Shown piece by piece: positions 36,119-46,496 of a stretch of 64,000 nucleotides of DNA. How positions within the stretch are numbered: position 1 is the first letter of the stretch; the number at the start of each line of letters is the position of its first letter. The stretch spans positions 3,048 to 67,047 of the forward strand of contig JBPCJX010000098.1 in assembly GCA_051004875.1 (NCBI GenBank). Reading direction: 5' to 3'. The notes beneath the pieces were generated by a model that was given only the letters and a program-made list of their open reading frames with translations, did no database searches and was not told the DNA's origin. The position numbers were made by a program, and so were the translations under genes. This DNA is from Bryobacteraceae bacterium. Its GTDB lineage: Bacteria > Acidobacteriota > Terriglobia > Bryobacterales > Bryobacteraceae.

Positions 36119-36389
36119 CTGCGCGATCCCAAGTCCATTGGACTATTTTGTTTGTTCGTTCGCAATCAGTCTTTCGGTATGTTGTGGCCCATAATTGCAA
36201 CTCTTGAACCAACTCGGCTGTCGTTCTCAAAACGGCGATTAGGTGGACCGTGCATTCGCCATAAAGGGACGTTGCGATCCGGCTGCCGTGCTTTTCGGAA
36301 AGCGCGCTGAAGTAGCTGTTCCTTGTGGCGCCAGCCTTCACTGCGCGTGAGCCTAGTTCCACGATGTATTCGCGAGATATAGACGCCAT
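36078..36389 (-). CDS. hypothetical protein (103 aa)
   Basis: ORF only, with no motif recognised. Confidence 0.3.
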   Translation of the reverse strand: MASISREYIVELGSRAVKAGATRNSYFSALSEKHGSRIATSLYGECTVHLIAVLRTTAELVQELQLWATTYRKTDCERTNKIVQWTWDRAVGSTREMCESHRG

Positions 36390-36680
36390 TGCCTCGTCCT
36401 TGTCCTGACAGTCTATATCACTTCAACCAACTCCGGCTTTGCTTTTGGCCGTAATCCGGGTAGCTGCCCTATGGCGCTCTATCCGGACGTTTACGTTCTT
36501 GGACTCCGAATTGTAACGGAGCAATGACGTCGCTCCCAACCCCATTTCACTGTTCCGTGCGCATTTAGAATCTAAAACGTTTGGATAGTTGACGTTCATC
36601 CTTTCATGCGGCTCCTGAGCTACGATGAGGGCTAGGCCCGTAGCGCGGGCAGCTCGAACATACCTCAGAAAGAAGCTTTT

Positions 36681-39600
36681 GTGAGATTACGGATTTCCGA
36701 TTCGCCCTTATGGTTGGCACTGGCCGTGATTGCGGGAATGCGGGCCTGGGGAGCTACAGTACCTCCTGTTGACTTCGACCGTCAGGTCAGATCCATCCTC
36801 TCCGACAATTGCTTTACTTGTCACGGGCCCGATGAGAAACACCGTATGGCGGGTCTGCACTTCGATACGAAGGAAGGTGCATTTGGGAAGCCGGGCGTCA
36901 TCTTTCCTGGCGATTCGGCCCATAGCAAGATGTATCTGAAAGTCAGCAATCCAAATGAGGCGCTGCGCATGCCGCCTCCCTATTCGGGCCGCAAACTCAC
37001 GCCAGCTCAGATCGAGACGATTAAAAATTGGATCGATTCCGGAGCGAAGTGGCAGACGCATTGGGCATTTGTTCCGCCGAAGCGCCCTGATGTACCCGCA
37101 GTGAAAGAGGGCTGGGCACGCACGCCGATTGATCACTTTGTCCTGGCGAAGCTCGATAAGGAGAGCCTGCATCCTTCTCCAGAAGCTGACAAAACGACTT
37201 TACTGCGCCGCGTGACTTTCGATCTTACCGGGCTGCCTCCGACCTCCGCCGAGCTGAAAGCCTTCCTCGCGGACAATTCGCCACAGGCGTACGAAAAAGT
37301 GGTCGATCGCCTTCTCGCTTCGCCTCACTATGGAGAGCGCATGACGATGCAGTGGCTCGATTTTGCGCGCTATGCGGACACGCACGGCTATCACATCGAC
37401 AGCGCGCGAGAGATGTGGCCGTGGAGAGACTGGGTGATCCAGGCGTTCAACAACAATCTGCCCTACGATCAGTTCACGATCGAACAGATCGCGGGCGACC
37501 TTCTACCCCATCCGACGCAATCCCAAGTAATCGCCACCGGCTTCAATCGCAACCACATGATCAACTTTGAGGGCGGCGCGATTCCGGAGGAATACGCGAA
37601 CGAGTATATTGTGGATCGCATTGAAGCAACTTCAACTACCTGGATGGGCGTGACACTCGGTTGTGCCCGCTGCCACGACCATAAATATGATCCTTTTGCT
37701 CAGAAGGATTTTTACAGCTTCGGCGCATTCTTTAACGGCGTTCCAGAGAAAGGCCTGGATGGCTACAAGGGCAATGCCGTCCCTTATCTGCAATTGCCGA
37801 ATAAGCAGCAATCCGAAATGAAAGATCTGCTTCTGAAAGCAATTAAGCAGAAGGACCGTGAAATCGCGGCGGCGCAGATCGCATGGGAGCAGCAGCAACG
37901 CGAAATGCCGATCTCGGACGTAACGTCCGGCCTCACGGCAGAATATACTTTCGACGATTCTCTCGCCAATCGGTTGCGGCCGGACGTTGCCGCGAAAGTG
38001 GCACACGGAAAGCTCACGTACGCAGACGGGCAAACCGGGCGTGTCGCAAACCTGCAAGAGGAGCCTCAGATCTCATTCGGGGACGTGGGCGGCTTTTCTA
38101 CCACCCAGCCGTTCACGATTGCAGTGTGGATTAAGCCCGGCGGACCGTCCGGTATGGCTGTCCTTCAGCGTTATCAAAACTCTCCCAAGACTGGTCCGGG
38201 TTACGAACTTGCGGTTGATTACTGCGCGAAGGGTAATTGCAATATTATCTTCCGGCTTCGCAACAACGGACCTGAATCAGGAATAGAAGTGAAGTCACGC
38301 CAAGGCCTCGCTTTGACTGAGGAAGAGGGCATCACTCTAGGCGATTGGAGTCACGTCATTGTTTCTTATGACGGCTCCGGTAAGGGCAAGGGCGTCCAGA
38401 TCTATTTGAACGGTCACAGCGTGCCTACAGAGATCGTCGTCGACAAACTTTCCGCCGTTTCATTTGAAAAGGGAGAGCTCGAAACCGGTAACAAGGATTG
38501 GGGGACGGCTTTTAAGGGCCAGCTTGGCGATTTGCGCATCTATAATCGCCGCCTCTATGCGAATGAGGCGTTGGAGCTGGGACTTCTCAATCCATTACGT
38601 TCAGTGCTCGATGTGGCAAGCAATCGCCGCTCTGAAGAGCAACGGAAATGGCTGCGTCAATATTTCGTCGCTGAAGCGAGCAACGGCACGGAGAAGCAGC
38701 TCAATGTCGATTACGAGTCGCTGAAAAAGGGATTGGAGCAGATCAATCGAGAAATTCCCTCCACCATGATCATGTCCGAGATGGAGAAGCCGCGCGATAC
38801 TTTTATCCTTCTTCGTGGCGATTATCGAAATCACGGAGAGCAGGTTCAGCCGAATGTGCCTGGAATTTTGCCACCTCTGCCGAAAGACGCGCCTCGAAAC
38901 CGCTTGACCCTCGCTAAGTGGCTCGTCCAACCGGATAATCCATTAACTGCCCGCGTTGCGGTCAATCACTTTTGGCAAATGTATTTCGGGTTAGGAATCG
39001 TGAAGACCAGTGGTGATTTCGGCTCCCAGGGAGATGCGCCCAGCAATCAGGAGCTGCTGGATTGGCTCGCGACAGAGTTTGTCCGGACGAATTGGAATGT
39101 CAAAGCGATGCAGCGCCTAATTGTCACGTCAGCCGTGTATCGGCAATCATCAAAGGTATTGCCTGAGCTGCTCGAAAAAGATCCTGAGAATCGTCTCTTG
39201 GCGCGAGGCCCGCGGTTCCGGCTTCCGGCGGAGATGATCCGTGACAACGCGCTTTTCATCAGCGGGCTATATAACGATAAGATTGGCGGTCCTAGCGTCT
39301 TTCCCTATCAGCCTAAAGGCCTGTGGGAGGAGATGGCGTTTGGCGGCGATTTCTCAGCGCAAAAATACGTTCAGAGCCACGGGCCCGATCTTTACCGCCG
39401 CAGTATCTATACGTTCTGGAAGCGCACGGTACCGTTTCCTTCGCTCAATACTTTCGATGCCCCCGACCGCGAGAAGTGCACCGCTTTGCGAGGCGTCACC
39501 AATACGCCGCTCCAGGCATTGGTCTTAATGAACGATCCTGCCTACGTCGAAGCCGCACGGGTGCTTGCCGAACGCGACCTCCGTGAAGCTGGTCCGGAGA

Positions 39601-39851
39601 ATACAGATCGCGTTCGTTACATGTTTCGACTTGCTACGGACCGTGATCCTTCACCCCAGGAGCTCAACATCCTGGATGGCCTCTATAAAAAGGAAATCGG
39701 CCACTACACCTCCGACAGCACCGCCGCCCAACGCTTACTTTCGATAGGTGAGTTCAAGCCGAACGCGAAATTCCAGCCTGCAGAACTTGCCGCTTGGACA
39801 CTGGTGGCGAGCATGATCCTTAATATGGACGAATCGATGATGAGGAACTGA
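36681..39851 (+). CDS. PSD1 / planctomycete cytochrome c domain protein (PSCyt, DUF1549, LamG-like insert, DUF1553)
   Basis: CFTCHGPDE near the N-terminus. DUF1549-like [10 protein letters not shown] concanavalin/LamG-like block ([11 protein letters not shown] ... IYLNG ... [10 protein letters not shown]). DUF1553-like [23 protein letters not shown]. Confidence 0.8.
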   Translation: MRLRISDSPLWLALAVIAGMRAWGATVPPVDFDRQVRSILSDNCFTCHGPDEKHRMAGLHFDTKEGAFGKPGVIFPGDSAHSKMYLKVSNPNEALRMPPPYSGRKLTPAQIETIKNWIDSGAKWQTHWAFVPPKRPDVPAVKEGWARTPIDHFVLAKLDKESLHPSPEADKTTLLRRVTFDLTGLPPTSAELKAFLADNSPQAYEKVVDRLLASPHYGERMTMQWLDFARYADTHGYHIDSAREMWPWRDWVIQAFNNNLPYDQFTIEQIAGDLLPHPTQSQVIATGFNRNHMINFEGGAIPEEYANEYIVDRIEATSTTWMGVTLGCARCHDHKYDPFAQKDFYSFGAFFNGVPEKGLDGYKGNAVPYLQLPNKQQSEMKDLLLKAIKQKDREIAAAQIAWEQQQREMPISDVTSGLTAEYTFDDSLANRLRPDVAAKVAHGKLTYADGQTGRVANLQEEPQISFGDVGGFSTTQPFTIAVWIKPGGPSGMAVLQRYQNSPKTGPGYELAVDYCAKGNCNIIFRLRNNGPESGIEVKSRQGLALTEEEGITLGDWSHVIVSYDGSGKGKGVQIYLNGHSVPTEIVVDKLSAVSFEKGELETGNKDWGTAFKGQLGDLRIYNRRLYANEALELGLLNPLRSVLDVASNRRSEEQRKWLRQYFVAEASNGTEKQLNVDYESLKKGLEQINREIPSTMIMSEMEKPRDTFILLRGDYRNHGEQVQPNVPGILPPLPKDAPRNRLTLAKWLVQPDNPLTARVAVNHFWQMYFGLGIVKTSGDFGSQGDAPSNQELLDWLATEFVRTNWNVKAMQRLIVTSAVYRQSSKVLPELLEKDPENRLLARGPRFRLPAEMIRDNALFISGLYNDKIGGPSVFPYQPKGLWEEMAFGGDFSAQKYVQSHGPDLYRRSIYTFWKRTVPFPSLNTFDAPDREKCTALRGVTNTPLQALVLMNDPAYVEAARVLAERDLREAGPENTDRVRYMFRLATDRDPSPQELNILDGLYKKEIGHYTSDSTAAQRLLSIGEFKPNAKFQPAELAAWTLVASMILNMDESMMRN

Positions 39852-39859
39852 GGCAGAAT

Positions 39860-41350
39860 ATGGATCCAATTCGTGAACGTGAACTTGTACTCACGCGGCG
39901 TCAGTTGTTAGGGCGCAGCAGCAAAGGGATCGGCGTGATGGCCCTGGCTTCGCTGCTGAACCCGGAACTTTTCGGACAGGAAGTAAGTCACGCCCGGTCG
40001 ACTACAGGAGAAGCCCGTTCCGCAGGCCTTCCAGGTCTTCCCGGCCTCCCGCATTTCGCCCCGAAAGCCAAGCGTGTCATCTTTCTCCATCAATCGGGCG
40101 CGCCGTCGCAAATCGATCTCTTCGACTACAAGCCGAAACTGATGGATTTAGTCGGCTCGGAACTGCCTGACAGCATCCGCCACGGCCAGCGCATCACCGG
40201 CATGACATCGGGCCAGAATTCATTTCCTGTTACTCCATCCATCTTCAAATTCAATCGTGCGGGCGAGAACGGAACATGGATCAGCGAACTTCTTCCGCAC
40301 ACCGCGAAGATAGTCGATGACATCACGATCGTTAAGACCGTAAACACCGAAGCGATTAATCACGACCCCGCCATCACTTTTATACAAACGGGTTTTCAAC
40401 AGCCGGGGCGCCCGAGTATGGGGTCGTGGGTGACATACGGTCTTGGCAGCGAGAATGAAAATCTGCCCGCGTTTGTTGTCCTTATCTCACAAGCGAATGC
40501 CTTGAATCGCGACCAGCCACTCTTCACACGCCTTTGGTCGGCCGGTTTTCTGCCGTCGAGATATCAAGGCGTTCGATTCCGGGCCGGAACCGACCCTGTC
40601 CTGTTTCTCGCCAATCCGGAAGGCATCGACGCTGATACTCGCCGCAGCATGCTGGACACTCTTGCCGAGCTCAACAAAATCACTGAGAAGAATTACGGCG
40701 ATCCTGAAGTCACAGCACGCATCTCTCAATACGAGATGGCCTATCGCATGCAATCATCCGTTCCCGAGTTGACGGATCTCGCCAAGGAACCGGAACGCAC
40801 TTTTCAACTTTACGGTCCGGATTCACGCAAGCCGGGCACGTATGCGGCGAATTGCCTCATGGCCCGCCGTTTGGCCGAGCGCGGAGTGCGTTTCATTCAG
40901 CTATACCATCGCGGGTGGGACCAGCACAACGATCTGCCTCGCGACCTTGCATTGCAATGTCAGGGAACGGACCAAGCCTCTGCGGCATTGGTCACAGATC
41001 TCAAAGCCCGTGGTCTTCTGGACGATACGCTCGTGGTCTGGGGCGGCGAATTCGGCCGTACTGTTTACTGCCAGGGCCATCTCACGAAAACGAATTACGG
41101 CCGCGATCACCACCCGCGCTGCTTCGCCATGTGGTTTGCAGGCGGAGGCGTGAAGCGCGGAACCGTTATTGGCGAAACGGACGATTACTCGTATAACACT
41201 ATCGCAGATCCCGTGCCGATACACGACATTCAAGCAACCGTCCTGCATTGTCTAGGGATCGACCATACGCGCCTCACCTACAAGTTCCAGGGGCGCCATT
41301 TCCGTTTGACGGATGTCGCAGGAAACGTGAATAAATCTATGCTGGTCTGA
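39860..41350 (+). CDS. DUF1501 domain protein (sulfatase/phosphatase-fold), Tat-exported
   Basis: Tat motif [12 protein letters not shown]. The VWGGEFGRT motif is present, and the gene follows a PSD1 gene in the canonical position. Confidence 0.8.
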   Translation: MDPIRERELVLTRRQLLGRSSKGIGVMALASLLNPELFGQEVSHARSTTGEARSAGLPGLPGLPHFAPKAKRVIFLHQSGAPSQIDLFDYKPKLMDLVGSELPDSIRHGQRITGMTSGQNSFPVTPSIFKFNRAGENGTWISELLPHTAKIVDDITIVKTVNTEAINHDPAITFIQTGFQQPGRPSMGSWVTYGLGSENENLPAFVVLISQANALNRDQPLFTRLWSAGFLPSRYQGVRFRAGTDPVLFLANPEGIDADTRRSMLDTLAELNKITEKNYGDPEVTARISQYEMAYRMQSSVPELTDLAKEPERTFQLYGPDSRKPGTYAANCLMARRLAERGVRFIQLYHRGWDQHNDLPRDLALQCQGTDQASAALVTDLKARGLLDDTLVVWGGEFGRTVYCQGHLTKTNYGRDHHPRCFAMWFAGGGVKRGTVIGETDDYSYNTIADPVPIHDIQATVLHCLGIDHTRLTYKFQGRHFRLTDVAGNVNKSMLV

Positions 41351-41373
41351 GTTCTCAGGAGTCGAGAACTTTC
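41351..41373 (+). terminator. weak hairpin after the DUF1501 gene
   Basis: GTTCTC-aggagtc-GAGAAC followed by TTTCAG. The stem is only 6 bp. Confidence 0.25.
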
Positions 41374-41378
41374 AGCTA

Positions 41379-41585
41379 CTATCTCCCGGCTTGGGCTTGC
41401 TTTCTAGGCTCCTCGTCGTGAATCGAAGAGCGAACTTTGGCCGCAAGGTCAGGCGGAATCTCATCCATTCCGTGCGCTGACTTCGCGTGTTCAGCACATT
41501 TTTGTAAAACCTCTTGCTCGGTTTCTCCGCGAGCTTCAAAATCGCAGTCCACTCCTACTTCGCGGCAGCTTACTATCTTTGACAT
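41379..41585 (-). CDS. DUF1059 family small protein
   Basis: 68 aa. MSKIVSCREVGVDCDFEARGETEQEVLQKCAEHAKSAHGM matches the DUF1059 N-terminal pattern. Confidence 0.6.
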   Translation of the reverse strand: MSKIVSCREVGVDCDFEARGETEQEVLQKCAEHAKSAHGMDEIPPDLAAKVRSSIHDEEPRKQAQAGR

Positions 41586-41624
41586 AGCTTCCTCCGTAGT
41601 GAATCATATATCATTCGGGCGAAA

Positions 41625-43223
41625 ATGGCATTTATCCGTTCTTTGCTGGCCTTCTCAGCGTGGGTCAGTGTCTGTTTTCCACTACAGGCGGACTGGCTGA
41701 CGTTCGGTCATGACCCTCAGCGCACTGGATGGGCGCGGGAGGAAGCGACTATCTCGCCGAAGAATGTCGCGAGCTTCCAACTGAGTTGGACAACTCAATT
41801 GGAGAATGAGCCTCTAGCTCTAAACGCACTAACCGCTCCTGTTGTGGCCGAACGTATTGAAACACCAAAGGGCCGTAGGACGTTAGTCTTCGTTGCGGGA
41901 AGCTCGAATCATTTCTTTGCAATGGATGCGCAAGACGGTTCGGTTTTGTGGAAGAAGACGTTTGAAAGTCACGTTCTCCCTAAAGACGAAACCTTCTATC
42001 TCTGCCCCAACGCCGTCAACGCCACCCCGGTCATCGACAAAGACCGCAATCTTATCTACAGCATTTCTGTCGATGGAAAACTCTATGGAATGGATCTCGC
42101 AACAGGGGATGTGCGATTCGGCCCTTTCCAGTTCGTACCACCGTTCTCCAAGGCTTGGAGCCTGAACCTGGATGATGGAGTAATTTACACGGCCACCTCT
42201 CAGGCGTGTGGCGGAGATCGCTCCGGCATCTATTCCATGAGAATTGATGATCCGAAGCACACGGAATCGCACGAGCTTCTTGTTCGGAAAGGGTTCGGAG
42301 CCGGGATTTGGGGGAGAGGCGGCCCAGTCATCGGAAAAAATAAGCTGCTTTACGTTGTGACAGGTGACGCTGCGTTTGATCCGGGCTCGGGAGACTTCGG
42401 AAACACGTTTCTGGCCGCCTCGCCGAAATCCCTCAATCCCGTAGACTATTTCACGCCCTCAAACTGGAAGGACCTGAGCAAAATCGATCTCGATATCCCC
42501 TCCGGTGGGCACTTGGTATTTACTCACAAGAATCGTGAATTCGTTGTTGGCGGTGGCAAAGAATCCGTCGTCTATTTGCTGGACTCAAACTCTTTGGGTG
42601 GTGACGATCATCACACGCCGCTGTTCACAACCCCGATACTCGCAAACGAAGGACGAGCCCTTGAAGAGAAGGGAATGTGGGGCGCGCCAGCGGCGTGGAC
42701 CGATGAGAACGGCGACTCCTGGGTGTCCGTGACAATTTGGGGGGCGCTCTCCCACTACGCTTCTGCGTTCCCGATCACCAACGGTCCGACTCCGCACGGC
42801 TGCATTTTGGCCTTCAAGGTTGTTCAGTTAACAGGCAAGATCCAACTACAGCCTGCGTGGATCTCACCGGATTTCAATCTGCCCGATCCACCCGTTATTG
42901 CAAACGGAGTCCTTTTCGCGCTCGCAACGGGCGAAAACCCGCGACAGGACCGAATACTCGGTGTTCTGCACTACAAGAGTATCGAGGACTGGAAAAAAAA
43001 TTTACTAACCACCGCGGAGCGTTCCGCTGGAACTAGGCCCGCCGTGCTGTTTGCTCTGGATACTAGAACCGGCAAAGTGCTATATCAAAGCGGAAGCGCG
43101 ATGAAGAATTGGGTGCATTTCAGCGGTCTCGCAGTGAATGACGGCCGAGTCTATGCAGTCGATCACGAATCCAGGCTGTATTGCTTCACCCTCGGCGCGA
43201 GGTCCACGACCCGTAAATATTAA
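41625..43223 (+). CDS. PQQ-like (BamB-type) beta-propeller repeat protein, secreted
   Basis: Signal peptide present. Repeated motifs of the form F-x-A-x-D-x-x-x-G-x-x-x-W (FFAMDAQDGSVLWKK, LYGMDLATGDVRF, LFALDTRTGKVLYQ). Confidence 0.6.
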   Translation: MAFIRSLLAFSAWVSVCFPLQADWLTFGHDPQRTGWAREEATISPKNVASFQLSWTTQLENEPLALNALTAPVVAERIETPKGRRTLVFVAGSSNHFFAMDAQDGSVLWKKTFESHVLPKDETFYLCPNAVNATPVIDKDRNLIYSISVDGKLYGMDLATGDVRFGPFQFVPPFSKAWSLNLDDGVIYTATSQACGGDRSGIYSMRIDDPKHTESHELLVRKGFGAGIWGRGGPVIGKNKLLYVVTGDAAFDPGSGDFGNTFLAASPKSLNPVDYFTPSNWKDLSKIDLDIPSGGHLVFTHKNREFVVGGGKESVVYLLDSNSLGGDDHHTPLFTTPILANEGRALEEKGMWGAPAAWTDENGDSWVSVTIWGALSHYASAFPITNGPTPHGCILAFKVVQLTGKIQLQPAWISPDFNLPDPPVIANGVLFALATGENPRQDRILGVLHYKSIEDWKKNLLTTAERSAGTRPAVLFALDTRTGKVLYQSGSAMKNWVHFSGLAVNDGRVYAVDHESRLYCFTLGARSTTRKY

Positions 43224-43235
43224 CCCGCTCGCGAA

Positions 43236-44075
43236 CTAGACCGTGCATAGAGTGACAGCTTGCCGCAAGGATGTCATCGGATCCTTTGTCGGCTCGAATT
43301 CATGCGCGAAGAAGCCCTGGAAATTTAGATCTGCGATGGCTTTTGCCACAGTACGCCACTGCAGTTCTTGAGTATCATCCAATTCGTGGCGTCCGGGAAC
43401 GCCGCCCGTATGGAAATGTCCGATGTACTGGATGTTCTCGCGGATTGTTCGAATGATGTCGCCCTCCATAATCTGCATGTGATAGATGTCATACAGCAGT
43501 TTGACGCGCGATGAGTCGACACCCTTCATGACCTCCACTCCCCAAGCCGTGTGATCACATTGATAGTCGTGATGATTGATTTTGCTATTAAGAAGCTCAA
43601 GGCAGATCGTCACTCCATTGTCTTCGGCCATCTTCTTGACACGGCGTAGACCGCGAATGCAGTTTTCCTTGCCCTGTTCGTCGGATAGGCCACGGCGGTT
43701 CCCGGAGAACGTAATGACATTCGGGAGCTTCGCGGCTGCTGCGCGCTCAATACCTTCGCGCATCTCCTTTTCGAGGCGGTCGTGGTTCTCAGTACGATTC
43801 CAGCCGTCGGGAATTGTGCCGGCACTGTAGACCATAGAAGATACAAGGCCGTACTTTTGCAAGGTTGGCCATTCTTCCGGGCGAACCAGGTCGATTGCGC
43901 TCAGTCCCATCTCCGCCCCGTTGCGGCACAGGTCATCGATGCTCATCTCCTTGTAACACCATCGCGCTGCAGATTGTTTGAGTCTTCCTTTCTGTGGTGC
44001 GGAGGCCGCGTTGATCTCGAGTGGCACTAGCGATGCTGCGGCGATTTTGAGGGCGGATCGTCTCGTCATACCCAA
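43236..44075 (-). CDS. hydroxypyruvate isomerase family TIM barrel protein, Tat-exported
   Basis: Tat motif MTRRSALKIAAAS. Motifs CLELLN, LLYDIYHMQ and GHFHTGG. Confidence 0.7.
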   Translation of the reverse strand: MGMTRRSALKIAAASLVPLEINAASAPQKGRLKQSAARWCYKEMSIDDLCRNGAEMGLSAIDLVRPEEWPTLQKYGLVSSMVYSAGTIPDGWNRTENHDRLEKEMREGIERAAAAKLPNVITFSGNRRGLSDEQGKENCIRGLRRVKKMAEDNGVTICLELLNSKINHHDYQCDHTAWGVEVMKGVDSSRVKLLYDIYHMQIMEGDIIRTIRENIQYIGHFHTGGVPGRHELDDTQELQWRTVAKAIADLNFQGFFAHEFEPTKDPMTSLRQAVTLCTV

Positions 44076-44127
44076 GTTCTCCTATACGTGTTTTAAACAG
44101 GCTACTATGGCTCGACCGAGAACAACG

Positions 44128-45447
44128 CTAGCCCACTTCGGTTTTTCTGCCAAACAAAGCCTGGATTCCGGCGTAAGCACTGCGCGGCAGTGTACGGACC
44201 ATCTGGCGCCGTTTCTCACGAAACGCGTTGCGCCGCTGCCGCACGAAGTCTCGCAAAATGGAACCGGCGATTTCTCCCATCTTCCAGACAGCCTCCCGAA
44301 AGTTTCGCGTCATCGCTGGGCTTCGCCGGTGCACCATGTCGACTGCGAGAGTATCTGACGCGAGTACAATGCCATGGTAGTAAATGATGCCTGCGGCGAG
44401 CGCCCCTTGCGTTAGCTCGTCCCCGACGGACTCAATCAGATTGCCAAGCGCATGCAACCCGACCTGTCCCACCGTGAGGGCCATGGTCGCGCCAAGCTCC
44501 AGGCTCTTCGTTGCCATGCCGACCAGACCGGCATGCGAGACATTCAACGCTTCATCCAAATCAATATCGTTTTCGGAAAGATGAGTGGCGGCCCCTTCCA
44601 TCAAATCTCCAGCGGCATAGAGCCCCATCCCCGCTTTCTTGATCATGAGATTGAGCGCAAGTGAGTCTTGCCGGTTCAGGTAGGTATTGATGAAAAGGCT
44701 CGCACCGCAGCGCTGGATCAAGAGTCTCCAAGCGTGCCAGGAGGGGCGCTTACCAAGACGCGAAAGGACATGGAGTTGTAGTTCGAGAGCGGCGGCGAAG
44801 ATCGTAAATAAATCGAGATATCGGTTCCTGCTTATACCGACCGTCAAGCCGATCGTGAGCGCGCGCTCAGCGATATCTTTTTCCAGATCCGCCAGCAGTG
44901 CTTCCGCGTGAGCTTCGCAGTTCGCCGCAGTACTTGCAAACCCACGGTATCCGATCCAAAGATCCGATCTAATCAGCGCCGATAAATACTCGGCGTGGCG
45001 TTCTCTGTGTTCCACGCCGGCGCGGATGGGCAGATCTCGCCAGCGCGAGTATTTTGAACGATCTCGGGAATCGGGCCATATACTTCGCAGCCTGCGGAAC
45101 CAGACACGCCGATAGGCGATCCAGAACACGACCACGCAAACGATGCAAACTGCGGGTCCAGATGCGAGCGCCATCAGCATGAACCAATCCGGGCCATGCG
45201 CGGGCGGAACAAGTCCAAAGCTCGAGCGAACACGCTCGGCCATCGCTATCCCGTAGTGATAAAGAATCAGAGCGTAGCCCGAAATGACAATCAGCAGGCC
45301 TGCAACCGCCGCCCAGAGCAGACCCGATATCAGAAATTGCCCGCGGTGGCGTAAACCTTCCAGCGCGAGCGAGTCCTGATCAGAAGAGAGCTTATCGGCC
45401 ATATCGCTGTGCGGTTCCCCGATTCCATTATCAGGCGCTCTGTCCAT
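44128..45447 (-). CDS. membrane protein, possibly DUF697 / YcjF-like
   Basis: Two N-terminal transmembrane pairs (FLISGLLWAAVAGLLIVISGYALILY; WFMLMALASGPAVCIVCVVVFWIAY). Then GISRNRYLDLFTIFAAALELQLHVLSRLGKRP, which resembles the DUF697 core. The start is uncertain: I use M at 45447, because the track start at 45519 overlaps the upstream gene by 26 nt. Confidence 0.4.
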   Translation of the reverse strand: MDRAPDNGIGEPHSDMADKLSSDQDSLALEGLRHRGQFLISGLLWAAVAGLLIVISGYALILYHYGIAMAERVRSSFGLVPPAHGPDWFMLMALASGPAVCIVCVVVFWIAYRRVWFRRLRSIWPDSRDRSKYSRWRDLPIRAGVEHRERHAEYLSALIRSDLWIGYRGFASTAANCEAHAEALLADLEKDIAERALTIGLTVGISRNRYLDLFTIFAAALELQLHVLSRLGKRPSWHAWRLLIQRCGASLFINTYLNRQDSLALNLMIKKAGMGLYAAGDLMEGAATHLSENDIDLDEALNVSHAGLVGMATKSLELGATMALTVGQVGLHALGNLIESVGDELTQGALAAGIIYYHGIVLASDTLAVDMVHRRSPAMTRNFREAVWKMGEIAGSILRDFVRQRRNAFREKRRQMVRTLPRSAYAGIQALFGRKTEVG

Positions 45448-45493
45448 TGCATGGTTCGACTCGTCGGCTTGACCTTTCCGGTCGCCTTCGAAA

Positions 45494-46435
45494 TTAGAAA
45501 AACTCCAGCCCAGCGCCATTTCCGACCTTACGTATGTATCGTGCGGCTTCGTCGTACTCGTCGGGGGTTTTTAGATGCTCCGTCATGAGCGGGACGTCTC
45601 TCGATACTTTCGCAAGCTCGACGAGATACCGCCGGTAATCGATTTGTCCCCGGCCCGGAACGACTTCAACAAAATGCACGTTCATCTCCGGTAGCCACTG
45701 CAGGTCCTTTGCATGGCAGGACACGATCCAGGGACCTAGCTTCGAAAAGCACTCGCTGATGAACTCGCTGTTGTTGTAGAAGCGTTTGGGACAGTTCACG
45801 CCATTGCATACGTCCAGATGAACGCCGAATGCGGGACGGTCGACGGCGCGGATGAGATCCAGGTAGGAATCCGGACCGTTGGGCAAACTCCACCCCATCA
45901 TCTCGATCGTGAACTTCGTCCGTCGCGGTTTAACGGCGTCGATTATGTGCCGGCAGTTCTCAACCGTTGCATCGAAAAACCTTTTCGATAAGTTCTTCGG
46001 GTCGGGACCATACCAAACACTCGGATTGTAAGATCCCGCGATATCTACACAGCACCGCGCACCAACCGCATCGGCCACGGCACATTGTTCCGTTACGTAA
46101 CGAAGATTGGCGCTTCGTTTCCGCTGATCGGGATCCAGCAGGTTTTTCCAGGCTCCTACCTCGGCGATCACGACTCCCCTTTTGGCGAAGGCTCGTTCGG
46201 TGGCCCGAACGCGTTCCGTGTTGTTCAGGTCCAGTTTCGGGCAGTATGCGGCGCTATACCCTAACCTGCGGTGCTCGGCTGCGAGTTCACCCGGATCATC
46301 AGTTTTGAGGAAAACCGGGCCCCCTAGACGGATGCGGTTCGCGGAAGGCGCAGGTTTCGCTCCGAAGTAAGGAGAACAGCACTCACCAGAAGCGATCGGC
46401 GCGTCATATGAGAAACACTCAGCAGCGGGATCCAA
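45494..46435 (-). CDS. xylose-isomerase-like TIM barrel protein (no signal peptide seen)
   Basis: Family pattern (VIAEVGAW, CCVDIAGS, FTIEMM, HLDVCN, CHAKD). Confidence 0.65.
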   Translation of the reverse strand: MDPAAECFSYDAPIASGECCSPYFGAKPAPSANRIRLGGPVFLKTDDPGELAAEHRRLGYSAAYCPKLDLNNTERVRATERAFAKRGVVIAEVGAWKNLLDPDQRKRSANLRYVTEQCAVADAVGARCCVDIAGSYNPSVWYGPDPKNLSKRFFDATVENCRHIIDAVKPRRTKFTIEMMGWSLPNGPDSYLDLIRAVDRPAFGVHLDVCNGVNCPKRFYNNSEFISECFSKLGPWIVSCHAKDLQWLPEMNVHFVEVVPGRGQIDYRRYLVELAKVSRDVPLMTEHLKTPDEYDEAARYIRKVGNGAGLEFF

Positions 46436-46496
46436 CTAAGCGCAGAAGTGTAGCATAATTTGATGTACTCCTGCCGTCGAAAGATGTATTCTTATC

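Noticed and set aside
41437-41700. 87-aa plus-strand ORF bridging the DUF1059 gene and the start of the propeller gene
   Set aside because: It is antisense to a recognisable DUF1059 protein and out of frame with the propeller gene, with poor composition.
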